Origin: Octopus vulgaris
Lineage: Eukaryota
NCBI GenBank assembly: GCA_951406725.2
Contig: OX597814.1
Span: forward strand, 124,620,001 to 124,684,000
Direction: 5' to 3'
Length of the DNA stretch: 64,000 bases
Within the stretch, counting starts at the first letter, position 1, and the number at the start of each line of letters is the position of its first letter. Under the pieces are notes generated by a model. It did not search any database and was not told the origin of the DNA. It worked only from the letters and a program-made list of their open reading frames with translations. Position numbers and translations under genes: made by a program. Positions 52,143-64,000 of the stretch are shown here, one piece after another.

Positions 52143-52305
52143 ACGACGGCCTTCTTTCAGTTTCTGCCTATCAAATCCACTGAAAAAGGCTTTCGTCAAA
52201 CTGAAGCTATAGTAGAAAACACTCGCCCATGTGCAACACGGTGGGATTGAACCCGGAGCCATGTTGTTGAGAAGCAAGCTTCTTACCATACAGCCACATT
52301 CGCGC
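52143..52305 (-). mobile_element. SINE family B 5' half
   Basis: Matches family B head. Confidence 0.8.
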
Positions 52306-52659
52306 ATACATGTTGAACTTTAAAAAAAAATATTTGCATAATTTTACTATTCTACTTATAGATTATATTAGTAAATATTGTGTTTGTGAAGTGCGAGTTA
52401 GCTTGGCCATTTTCTTAGCCTGAAAAGACTAGCTTTTCAAGATTACCACTTAGACATTTACTAACACAGCCAAGTGCAGCAGTAATTATTGATATAAATG
52501 TGAATTTATGCTCTGGGCAGAGAAGGTGTAGATTTTGAAGTAGTTAGCCATAAATAATCCTTTCCTCGCTGAGTCTGAAGAAACGTTTACATCTGTAAAA
52601 TAGCTGACCTCCATGACTATACATGATATTTTTCTCTTTTCAAGCAAATTTACGTATGC

Positions 52660-52660
52660 T

Positions 52661-52695
<35 letters not shown>

Positions 52696-52757
52696 GTCTG
52701 TCTGTCTGCCTGCCTGCCTGTCTGTCTGTCTATCTGTCTGCCTGTCTGTCTGTCTGG

Positions 52758-52801
<44 letters not shown>

Positions 52802-52822
52802 ATATCTATCTATCTATCTATC

Positions 52823-52862
<40 letters not shown>

Positions 52863-52902
52863 GTCTGTCTGTCTATCTATCTTTCTATCTCTATTTCTCT
52901 CT

Positions 52903-52958
<56 letters not shown>

Positions 52959-53322
52959 CCCGCTATCTATATGTTTTTCTCTTTATCCGATTCTCTGACT
53001 GCCTGGCTGTTTGCGTATCTATCCATCTATTGATCGATTGATATATCTTTTTTATCTACTTACCTACCTGCCTATCAACGTCACTACCTTTTTACCTACT
53101 TATATGCATACATACATACAAATACACACACAGACACACACATACACATATATATAAACCTATCTACTTGCTTAACACGTGCCTTTATCAATAAGTTATA
53201 CGTAAGTACGTACCTATATATATATATGTGAGTGTGTGTGTGTGTATATATATATATGTGTGTGTATGTATGTATATGTATATATATATATGTGTGTGTG
53301 TATATGTATGTGTATATGTATG

Positions 53323-53359
<37 letters not shown>

Positions 53360-53420
53360 ATATATACACACACATACGCACACACACACACGCACACACA
53401 CACAGATATATATATATATC
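52660..53420. repeat. Compound (TATC)/(TCTG)/(TC)/(TA)/(TG) microsatellite block
   Basis: Directly visible. Confidence 0.9.
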
Positions 53421-53748
53421 GTATGTATTGCACATGTGTATCTACCCAGTTCTTTTTTTTTACACTGTTCGCTCGTTTGTCTCCCTATCTTACTTCAATG
53501 TCTACACGATTTATAACAGTCACCAAAACAGAAGAATTATGATTTGAAAAAACAAATTAAGTTTGATGTTTTGACATAAAGATATTCTATAGAGTTCTGG
53601 AGATTTATAGAGGAGGACTTAACATACGCCTCCATGTCATGTTCTGGTAGAGATTAAATAAGGGAATGCGGATGATGAATAGATTGACAAGTCCCAAAGT
53701 TTATTCCTGTCTCTACATGCATACATATACTTGTAACCTTATATATAT

Positions 53749-54127
53749 AGGCGTAGGAATGGCTGTGTGGGAAGTAGCTTGCTTACGAACCACGTGGTTG
53801 CAGGTTCAGTCCCACTGCCGTGGCACCTTAGGTAAGTGTCTTCTAGTATAGCCCCGGGACGACAAAGCCTTGTGAGTGGATTTGGTAGACGGAAACTGAA
53901 AGAAGCCCGTCGTATATATGTATGTTTGTGTGTCTGTGTTCGTCTCCCCAACATCACTTGACAACGGTTGCTGGTGTGTTTACGTCCCCGTAACTTAGCG
54001 GTTCAGCAAAAGAGAACGATAGAATAAGTGCTAGGCTTAAAAAGATTAAGTCCTGGGGTCGATTTGCTCGACTAAAGGCGGTGCTTCAGCATGGCCACAG
54101 TCAAATGACCGAAACAAGTAAAAGAGT
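53749..54127 (+). mobile_element. SINE family B, full length
   Basis: Matches family B. Confidence 0.92.
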
Positions 54128-54573
54128 ATACGTGCAAACATGAATACAAATACTTACACACTTGAAGGCTGATATCCGATTTTGAGCAATGTCATCGCTT
54201 GAATGTTATCTTAAGCATGAACGGCATACATTTTGATTTTCCGCACTAACAGGGACCTACACTCTTTTTCAATGTTTTGGCCAAAGATGGGTGCCTCTTG
54301 CAACAAATGTTTAGAGAGTTAATTAGTCGTGCTGAAGACAATTCTTCGTTCCTTAATGATATTTTTCATTGAGTGCATTGCTTTTCTCAGCTACGGCCGG
54401 CCATAGTGATTCCTGAATCTGAAGCTTTTTAAAGTGAGTAAAGGTCTTCCACCGGTCCAGTCCACTTTTTTTTAGCAATGCATGCATTTGCCTCAAAGAA
54501 GAATTATCCTACAGTGTTGGATGTAAACGAAATCGCATGAGTTACAGCAGTTTCTCTTCTCAAACACTCATAT

Positions 54574-54776
54574 ATTCTTTTACCTGTTTCAGTCATTTGA
54601 CTGTGGCCATGCTGGAGTACCGACCTTTTTAGGCGAAGAAATCGACTTCAGGACTTATTCTTTGTAAGCCCAGTACTTATTCTATAGGTCTCTTTTGCCC
54701 AACCGCTAAGTTACGGGGACGTAAACACACCAGCATCGGTTGTCAAGCAATGCTAGGGGGACAAACACAGACACAG

Positions 54777-54826
<50 letters not shown>

Positions 54827-55032
54827 ACACACACATATGCACACACATATATATATATATACATATTACGACTGGCTTCTTTCAGTTTCCGTCTACCAAA
54901 TCCAGTCACAAGGCTTTGATCGGCCCGAGGCTATAGTAGAAGACACTTGCCCAAGGTACTACGCAGTGGGACTGAATCGGGAACCATGTGGTTGGTAAGC
55001 AAGCTATTTACCACACAGCCACTCCTACGCCT
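54574..55032 (-). mobile_element. SINE family B, full length
   Basis: Matches family B. Confidence 0.92.
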
Positions 55033-55367
55033 ACAAACGAATTCTAAGGGTTCTTCACACGCAGCAGTTGGATAACTAAATCAGCAACATTACCAAGTCT
55101 GCTAGGTAAGAAGAGTTGCTTTCGTTGGCTATATTTTCTTGAGTGCCAGAATATGTGCCAGCCTCTCTGCATCAATGTATGCCAATGTTTGAATACCTGT
55201 AGAATAAGCATAGTTCATGATTCACGCCTTAAAATTCATAACAATATATCCGCGATAAATCAAAGTTGTAAAACCCCCATTCAGTACAGTTGGTGGATGG
55301 TTTGGTTGTGTAAAACATGACAACAAGAACAAACCTCTTAAAATATGTTTCTTTTTTATAACCATAG

Positions 55368-55539
55368 TCGTAGGAGTGGCTGTGTGGTAAGTAGCTTGCT
55401 TACCAACCACATGGTTGCGGGTTCAGTCACACTGCGTGGTACCTTGGGCAATAGTTTGTTACTATAGCCTCGGGCTGACCAAAGCCTTGTGAGTGGATTT
55501 GGTAGACGGAAACTGAAAGAAGCCCGTCATATATATATG

Positions 55540-55603
<64 letters not shown>

Positions 55604-55838
55604 TGTGTGTATATTTGTGTGTCTGTGTTTGTCCTCCCAACATCGCTTGACAACCGATGCTGGTGTGCTGTTGTGTTTACTTCCCCGTAACTTAGCGGCT
55701 CGGCAAAAAGCAACCGATAGAATAAGTACTAGGCTTACAAAGAGTAAGTCCTGGGGTCGATTTGCTCGACTAAAGGCGGTACTCCAGCATGGCCACAGTC
55801 AAAAGGACTGATACAAGTAAAAGAGTAAAGAGTAAGAG
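55368..55838 (+). mobile_element. SINE family B, full length
   Basis: Matches family B. Confidence 0.92.
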
Positions 55839-56395
55839 TAAACGCCAAGCAGAGAGGTGTTGAAGATATACTGAGACTTCATTTAAAAAGAGAGAACATG
55901 CATTCAAACAGGCTTCAACTTTTTGCGAGTGTGTGTATGCATATATGAATGGATGAGTCAGAGACTTGCTTTTTTCACAGCACCTATTTGTTTCTGTTGC
56001 AACGGGTGATGCAAGGAACGATTTTATCTCAATATGACTGACCGGCAATAACGTTTAAGGCAGCAAAGAGTTTATGTTATTTATTAGTGTTTGGGAAGTG
56101 CGAAATAGGGACATTAATAGGTATATCTAGATTGAATATAAAACCTTTCTCGTTCTCGTTTGATTTTATTTATTTTTTTATTTTGGGGCCTGAGTTCCAT
56201 ATAAAGTAACTTATTAGGGAAGCCACTCCTCGCTACTGCCTGGTTTTAACGGTGTGTGGTCCGGTTGAGGTGTCTCTGCCTTCTGGTAATTTGAAAATTT
56301 TTCAGCTAACACACCTCTGATTATGTTTCTAATTACAACTAAGGGCTCGTTGAAGTTCCTATGCAGATAAGTAGTTTCCTCCTTAGCTTTTTATT

Positions 56396-56670
56396 TCTCG
56401 GCGGAATTTGAACTCAGAACGTAGCGGCAGACGAAATACCTATTTCTTTACTACCCACATGGGGCTAAACACAGAAGGGACAAACAAGGACAGACAAACG
56501 GATTAAGTCGATTACATCTACCCCAGTGCGTAACTGGTACTTAATTTATCGACCCCTAAAGGATGAAAGGCAAAGTCGACCTCGGCGGAATTTGAACTCA
56601 CAACGTTGCGACAGGTGAAATACCGCTAAGCATTTCGCCTGACGTGTTAACGTTTCTGCCAGCTCGCCGC
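56396..56670 (-). mobile_element. SINE family A1 full unit plus a short headless second unit
   Basis: Junction rc aaagaaataggtatttcgtctgccgc; flanking repeat ttagctttt. Confidence 0.88.
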
Positions 56671-57369
56671 ATTAGCTTTTGTGTCGGGATAATATTTATC
56701 CGTCTTGAGGTCTATGGTGACTTCAACCAAGCCGGCCATGACTCAACTTATAGTAATGTTTGCAGATCTTTATAGGAGTCTTCCTGAATTTATCTATGGA
56801 GTAGCTGTTCATATCACTTGAAACTCCTAGGTCTGAAAAGTAGGGTGCGTATATTATTTTAGGATAACCAACGCCATAAGAAACAGTGGTTTCATCGTAG
56901 CTCCTCGCTGATACTCGAACAGTGAGTATTCTAATTTTTCACCCAATAGGAATCGTCTTGTAATAGAAGTGAATACGTTGAGTTCAGGATTATTCCGGTA
57001 TTAAGATCGCAAATTCTAAAAAAAAAAGCTTTTATTAGAGGAGATATCGATATGCGAAAGTAAATCCAACAATATCAAACTGGGCGAATCTGCAGACTGT
57101 TTTATTCTCAATAACATGGAACCAGTTAATAACAGCCGTGCTGCAGTCCAATTGCTTCAGTCAGGTGACCCTTCTGATATCAGTGTTGAAGGAATTTAAT
57201 GTGCGTTCACTTACAATAATCTCCTTTGAGGTTGATTAGTCTGCATTTAAGATTCCAGAGTAATTTGGACTTGTGGTATTTAAGTGTGATATAGGGTACG
57301 TGCCAAGATGATCCATTTTATCTTCTATCTTTAGAAGGGTGAATAGCTATTTAGCTTCAGTTAACTAAT

Positions 57370-57695
57370 TGGCACTCTGTCGGTTATGGCAACGAGCGTT
57401 CGAGTTGATCCGATCAACGGATCAGCTTGCTTGTAAAATTAACAAGCAAGTAGCTGAGCACTCTACAGACATGCAGACCATTAACGTAATTCTCAGGAAG
57501 ATTCAGCATGACACAGAATGCGACAAGTGACAAGGTTAGCCCTTCAAATTACAGATACAACTCATTTTTGCCAGCTGTGGTGATGATCAACGTGAAATAA
57601 AGCGTTTTGCACAAGGACAAAACGCATCACTGGAAATCGAAATCAAAATTATACAATCGTGAGACGAATACCTTGACCTTTAAGTCACTCGCCTT
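57370..57695 (-). mobile_element. SINE family C (tail C2), older copy
   Basis: Matches 6920-7223. Confidence 0.8.
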
Positions 57696-58243
57696 CACTT
57701 CACTTCCGTGTTTATATTATTGTCCGTTGAAAAGTTAGTTGAAATTTTAGTTTGATTGTATGCTCTGGCGATGGTTTGTTTGTGTTGTGTCGACGAACTC
57801 AGACGATGAAGTAGACTAGCCCAATACGTAGATATAGAGGGAGAAGTCTAGACGTAGAGAGATTGACTAGACCAGAGCTGAGTCGAGGAGAAGGCATCCG
57901 AACGTGCGACATAACAGTTTGTAAGGAGTCTTTTGTGCATGGAGGTACTTGTTTTGTATATGTTGTTTGTTTTGGTAGTAAGACAAATGCACATTAGAAT
58001 ATACTTTAAAACATAAACATTCCCAAAATGTTATCTTTTTGATGTTGTTTAAGAAATCAGGCTCGAAATTCCTGAAATTCCTGAGGAGGGTATTTTCAAG
58101 ATTTGAAGTCATATGTATATCAGGCTGGCTGGCTAGCTGGCTGTCGAATTTTCAAAGGTGCGCTTGATCACGCTTTCTGTCTCCTCCATGATCGGGACTT
58201 GAATAGAACTGGGTATATATTTGCAGACATACGTGAGTATATC

Positions 58244-58296
<53 letters not shown>

Positions 58297-58596
58297 GTGT
58301 GTGTGCGGCCTTGTGTTCCTCAACTCCTTGATATCAGGTGTAAAAACGTCCAAAATAAATTGCACTTAGATAAAGTGCATTTTAAGCTTTTTAGACCGAA
58401 CGGAGCCCATTCCCTTTCCAGGTCTGATAACAGCGAATTTCTTCTATAAAGGTGGACAAAAAAAAGGAAGAATCTGCTCAGTATTGGACTTGCACGTTAT
58501 CAATCAACACTAAATGATTAAAATAGTCCACCTTCGCAGTATTTGAACACTAAACATACCTAAGGCGAGATTGCAACAAAAAATATATATGCATGA

Positions 58597-58640
<44 letters not shown>

Positions 58641-59613
58641 GTGTATGTATGTATTATTATGTCTATGTTATGTGTACTTATTTATGCGTATAAATTTAAG
58701 TGTAAGCACTCACGGAGCCACACATAGTTACATGTAATTATTATATATGTGTGTATATATACACTAATGCTTTTATATATACGTACATGTGTGTCTCTCG
58801 CATGTATGCGTTCGCGCATTTGTACGCGCGCGTATGTGTGTCTGCATTGTGTCTCACAGATAAGATGGCAGACGATCAAGACTTATTGAGAGATGTATAT
58901 ACACGTGTAACTCATTACCATTATCTTGCATTTCATCTTTACTTTTGCATCCATTTTTCCATTGTATTAAGCGCTGGATGGAGTGAAATTCAGCGTTTCT
59001 CGTTAAATCTTGATCTTGTGCCATATTTTGTGTGTGGCCAGTATTATTTATTAATCTATTAAGTGTATGTACACATATTAATCCTTGCTGTCAAGACTGA
59101 TTTGTGCTAAAGCTTTCGTTAATGGGAACACATGACCGAGTTTATTGAAATATGGAGACTCCCTAGATTCTATGCAGGCTTAGTATATTTCCGTCACATG
59201 CTGTATGGCTAAGATAGAGATCTGAAAATTCTATTATACACAGCACACGTGCTGGCTATGTTGAAAGAAAGTGATTTTCACCACACAATATGTGACATAA
59301 TCTATTATTGATCATATGCTCTCATTGACTTGAATTTTAACCTAAATCCACCTTCGCACATAAAATATCGCTATCCTTCTATCATTTTCTTGGCATTAAA
59401 TCACAACACGTTTTCACCCTTGGATTGCTTTGAAGATTCCAGACTAGAGCAAACCACCGTAATATAGGATGCCCTCTCTTGAGTCAGTAATTCTTTTTGC
59501 TTATGTAATTTACCTTAGAAATAGATTTCAACCCTCCACGGCCCCTTAATCATTCTGAAAATTTCATTACAGCCCCTCCGTATTTTTTATCTAATAATAT
59601 TTCATTACAGGAA

Positions 59614-59786
59614 GGCGGCGAGTTGGTTGAATCATTAGCACACTGGGAAAAATTTCTTAGCGGCATTTCATCCTTCTGTACTTTCTGACCTCAAATGTCG
59701 CTGAGGTCGACTTTGCTTTTTAACCTTTCGGGGTTGGTAAATTAAATATCAGTTGAACGCTGGCCTTGTGCCAAAATTTGAAACCG
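59614..59786 (+). mobile_element. Old SINE family A with 14-bp TSD
   Basis: TSD atatttcattacag at 59597-59610 and 59787-59800. Confidence 0.85.
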
Positions 59787-60074
59787 ATATTTCATTACAG
59801 TATTTCACTTCAATATTCTAATATATTTCATGCAGCATCAAACATCTTAATACGCTATAAATAGTCCTTTGCATTTACTGTCCATGCATTGCTCCACACC
59901 ATACGTCTCATCTTTTACTATCATACAAAATCACGCATTTTACACGCATATCTTATATTTCGCGCGGTCCATATTTCACTACCATATACTATCGCATACC
60001 TCACACACACCACATTTACTTTCCATGATTACAGTCCCCACATTTACTTTCCATGATTCCCTTCTATACACTGT

Positions 60075-60326
60075 GGAGGCGCGTGGCTTAGTGGTTAGGG
60101 TGTTGAACTCATGATCGTAAGGTTGTGGTTTCGATTCCTGGACCGGGCGATGAGTTGCGTTCTTGAGCAAAACACTTCATTTCACGTTGCTCCAGTCCAC
60201 TCAGCTGGCAAAACTGAGTAATCCTGCGACGGACCGGCATCCCGTCCAGGTGGGGAATTTCTACGCCACTGAAACCGGGAAACCGGTCCTTAAGAGCCTG
60301 GCATGGCTCGAGAAGGAAAGAAAGAA
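60075..60326 (+). mobile_element. SINE family C (tail C4) with 12-bp TSD
   Basis: gaggcgcgtggcttagtggttagg head; TSD cttctatacact at 60061-60072 and 60327-60338. Confidence 0.9.
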
Positions 60327-60404
60327 CTTCTATACACTATTACACATATTTCATGCACCATGTATTTTAGTCAATGTTCACCATCCAAGTTCCGCTACGA
60401 TATA

Positions 60405-60740
60405 CCTGAGACCCCCTTCGGTCATGACTGACCGTGGGATTGCATCTAGAAAGTTACCCTCCGAAGCACAATTCCCGGCAAGGTTGTTTATGGAAGACCA
60501 GCTGTCGCCCATGCACACCGGCCTCCCCTCTCCACGCCACCAGTGTTATCCAAGGGAAAGGCAACAGCTGATACAGCTTGGCACCTGTGACGTCGCAACT
60601 CATTTCTACAGCTGAGTAAACTGAAGCAATATGGAATAAAGTGTCTTGCTCAAGAACACAACACGCAGCCCGGTCCGAGATTTGAACTCACAACCTCACG
60701 ATCTTAAGCTCGACGCTCTAACCACTGTGTCATGCGCCCT
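60405..60740 (-). mobile_element. SINE family C (tail C1), full length
   Basis: Matches 4310-4640. Confidence 0.9.
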
Positions 60741-61561
60741 CAGCAGTGTACGTTTATATACATCATAAACAGCTACATATGTCATAGATCCATCTCTTAC
60801 AACTTTATACATCATACATACACCACATATACTCCATTGCATTCTCTATCCAAATAAGACCCGCATTGCTCATATACTGCTCATATATCTATGGCAGTAC
60901 ATTTGCATCATTCTAGATTGACAGTGATCCTATTGAAATTACACAACCATCACTGGTTCACAGATGTGTTATTTATTCTTTCTATGTATTATGTTGCTGC
61001 TATAACGGCTTGAACTTTTCTAAACAATATCACACCGTGTAATACATCTTCCTGGTGCTACTTATCTTTCCTTCTGTCATTCCCTGTATTGTCTCTCAAC
61101 TCCTAAACCTCTTACTTAAACAATTTTCAAGATTTCTATCTAGAGGTACAACCACCTAGGTTCTCCTTCAGTCAAGGTTTATTTTCTGTCTTTTTGTTGC
61201 TGCAGATATTTAATTAAAAAATCTTAATTGAATATTAACTGTAGCGATATATCATATTTGTGCTAGATTAGGAATGTGGGTCTATCGCATTCGACTGAAT
61301 AAATAAATGTGCAGTATAACAATAATAAGATATGATACTAGAATATTGAGTGGAGCACCTTTGAATTTTAATCAAACTCGGATTAACACTAGGTTAATGC
61401 TTCGGTGCTTTGGCTGCTACATTGTTTCAAACGCTCAGGCCAATTCTTCTCTCCAGAAATAACGCTTCTTCTCTTTTTTCTATCAATGTAGGAGTCCCTG
61501 AATACGATTATACTGGTTATATTTCTTTTCTGATCAAACCACTTAACAAAAAGTTAAGATA

Positions 61562-61730
61562 GGCGTAGGAGTGGATGTGTAGTAAGTAGCTTGCTTACCA
61601 ACCACATGGTTCCGGGTTCAGTCCCACTGCGTGGCACCTTGGGCAAGTGTTTTCTACTATAGCCTCGGGCCGACCAAAACCTTGTGAGTGGATTTGGTAG
61701 ACGGAAACTGAAAGAAGCCCGTCGTATATA

Positions 61731-61774
<44 letters not shown>

Positions 61775-62010
61775 TATGTGTGTGTGTGTGTATGTTTGTG
61801 TGTCTGTGTTTAGCTCCCCCCCTTAGTATCGCTTGACAGCCGATGCTGGTGTGTTTACGTCCCCGTAACTTAGCGGTTAGGCAAAAGAGACCGATAGAAT
61901 AAATACTAGGCATACAAAGAATAAGTCCTGGGGTCGATCTGCTCGACTAAAAGTGGTACTCCAGCATGGCCACAGTCAAATGATTGAAACAAGTAAAAGA
62001 GTAAAAGAAT
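61562..62010 (+). mobile_element. SINE family B, full length
   Basis: Matches family B. Confidence 0.92.
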
Positions 62011-62392
62011 AACATACAATAAAGCTACCATCCGCAAAACTCTGAGTAGTATTCGAGCGGTTATGAAAGGATATAGTTTATGGCAACTGGCAGAAGCGTT
62101 AGAGCGTCGGACAAAATATCCAGCGGTATTTATTCCAGCTATTTGATTTCTGAGTTCATTACAACGCCTTGAAATATTTGTTTCAGCTGTCAGTATTCTG
62201 AGTTCAAGTTTCACCGCGGACTACATGAGTTCTAGACTTAATCCGCCAGCTACCTTAGTATCACGTGGCCCTTGAGAACCTTTAGCAAAAGCCTCCTGCT
62301 GTAAGCATTAAGATCAGAGGTTTTCTTCCCACCATTCTTGAAGGTCCTAAAATGTACGTTCGGGCACTGCTTTTCTCCTTACTAAGCGATAG

Positions 62393-62632
<240 letters not shown>

Positions 62633-62633
<1 letters not shown>

Positions 62634-63177
62634 CCCTGATGCAGTACCAGGCAGTGGCTCTCATGGCTTCTGATCTTAACTGATTGGAAGTGTTATCATG
62701 TACGTTGTTTTGTCTTGGTATAAAAGATGGGCGACAGCAAATATTCTGCTCAATACCACAGATTAGCTTGTCAGTTGTTTGACCTTAACCAGTTGAGCAT
62801 GTCCCTTAGTGGCTGATGATATGTGTATCTCTGATCACGAGCTGAAGTAGTGGGGGAGCATCATAGCCATGTGTTGAAGGGGATTCTTTGAGGTTGGATA
62901 ATTCACCTCTGGGTGTTTCATTCAACATCCTTAAACAACCCTTATTCAGGGACCTTTTGAGTGGGATGGGTTTCTCGAAGTGAAGAAATTTCTTACTGGG
63001 CCCCACCTGTAAGGTCATGTGCTGTTTATCTTGATATGAGACCACCATTTCGCGCACATATGGTGGTGATGCATATGCCTGGTATACCCTTATCAGACGG
63101 GTAGTCATGATGGGTATACTGGGCTTCGTATATTTTACCCCAGTGTCACTTTGATGGCATGCAGTGCTCTCTCACTC
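62633..63177. mobile_element. ~545-bp element embedded in an (AAT)n array, probably a microsatellite-targeting non-LTR derivative
   Basis: Sharp boundaries with AAT repeats on both sides (62393-62632, 63178-63236); higher GC; no intact ORF. Confidence 0.5.
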
Positions 63178-63213
<36 letters not shown>

Positions 63214-63264
63214 TAATAATAATAATAATAATAATACGCCATAAACTGTATATATATATATATA

Positions 63265-63639
63265 CTAGCAGTATCGCCCGGCGTTGCTCAGATTTGTAAG
63301 GGAAATAACTATAAAGTATTTTTAGAGAGTTATAGCCAAAAAATAGCAAAAAAATGGAAAAAATGATGGTAAATTTTTTTTTGAGATTTAAAAAAGGTGG
63401 AGTTGCGTCCCCTAGACAGTTTGTGGTTCGTGTTTCTGATTCTCGACCCCATGTCGAATTTATCGATATTTTTCAGAACTGGGGGAACTTTTCAAAATTT
63501 TCGCTGCGTTAGTTTTGAATTATGACATTGGGCTATGTGTGTGTCTAGTTTCATCAGAATCGGTTGAAAGCCGTGGTCAGGGTGAGGGTACAAGCAAACA
63601 GACACACAGAAACACGCACAGACAAACTGCCGTTTATAT

Positions 63640-63650
<11 letters not shown>
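63265..63650 (-). mobile_element. Non-autonomous Helitron-like element
   Basis: CTAG terminus at 63265-63268 with hairpin cccggcgttgctcag, aatttcatcagaatcgg-type body, acagacacacaga tract, inserted in (TA)n. Confidence 0.65.
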
Positions 63651-63677
<27 letters not shown>

Positions 63678-64000
63678 GGCGCAGGAGTGACTGTGTGGTA
63701 AGTAGCTTGCTTACCAACCACATGGTTCCTGGTTCAATTCCACTGCATGGCACATTGGGCAAGTGTCTTCCAATATAGCCTTGTGAGTGGATTTGGTAGA
63801 CGGAAACTGAAAGAAGCCTGTCGTATATATGTATATATGTGTGTGTGTGTGTGTGTTTTTGTGTGTCTGTGTCTGTCCCCCTAGCATTGCTTGACAACCG
63901 ATGGTGGTGTGTTTATGTCCCCGTCACCTAGCGGTTCGGCAAAAGAGACCGATAGAATAAGTACTAGGCTTCCACAGAATATGTCCTTGGGTCGATTTGC
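63678..64000 (+). mobile_element. SINE family B, cut by the window end
   Basis: Matches family B. Confidence 0.9.

Larger units (their letters stand above)
56060..58112 (-). mobile_element. Decayed Penelope-like element (same RT type as 4915-6780), interrupted by two SINEs
   Basis: LRNFEPDFLNNIKKITF, PYITLKYHK...KCRLINLK, AVINWFHVIENKTVCRFAQFDIV, GSYD, YLHRNFNEP. Confidence 0.8.

Noticed and set aside
60075-60150. tRNA genes
   Set aside because: The A/B-box segments continue into SINE bodies with tails and TSDs; no clean cloverleaf with terminator.
62810-62860. CUGAUGA inside the AAT-flanked element
   Set aside because: No properly placed GAAA or stem III downstream.

Overview
AT-rich, microsatellite-saturated animal DNA; the SINE families and repeat style point to an octopus (coleoid cephalopod) genome, which is an inference. 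There is no intact protein-coding gene: most ORFs in the track are microsatellite or SINE artefacts, and the only host-gene evidence is one candidate 78-nt exon. The window is a mosaic of about 45 tRNA-derived SINE copies from three main families (called A, B, C here), decayed LINEs (CR1-like, RTE-like, a possible RLE-type), at least three decayed Penelope-like elements (PLEs), a DD36E Tc1/mariner relic and non-autonomous Helitron-like elements. The main hidden signal is about a dozen type I hammerhead-ribozyme (HHR) motifs with palindromic stem III, typical of PLE pseudo-LTRs. Several have complete catalytic cores, and several lie inside or beside long fold-back inverted repeats. Also visible: a shared LINE/SINE 3' stem-loop, recurrent SINE concatemers with an identical junction, and a candidate exon looped out by nested inverted repeats. 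All alignments and folds were done by eye.
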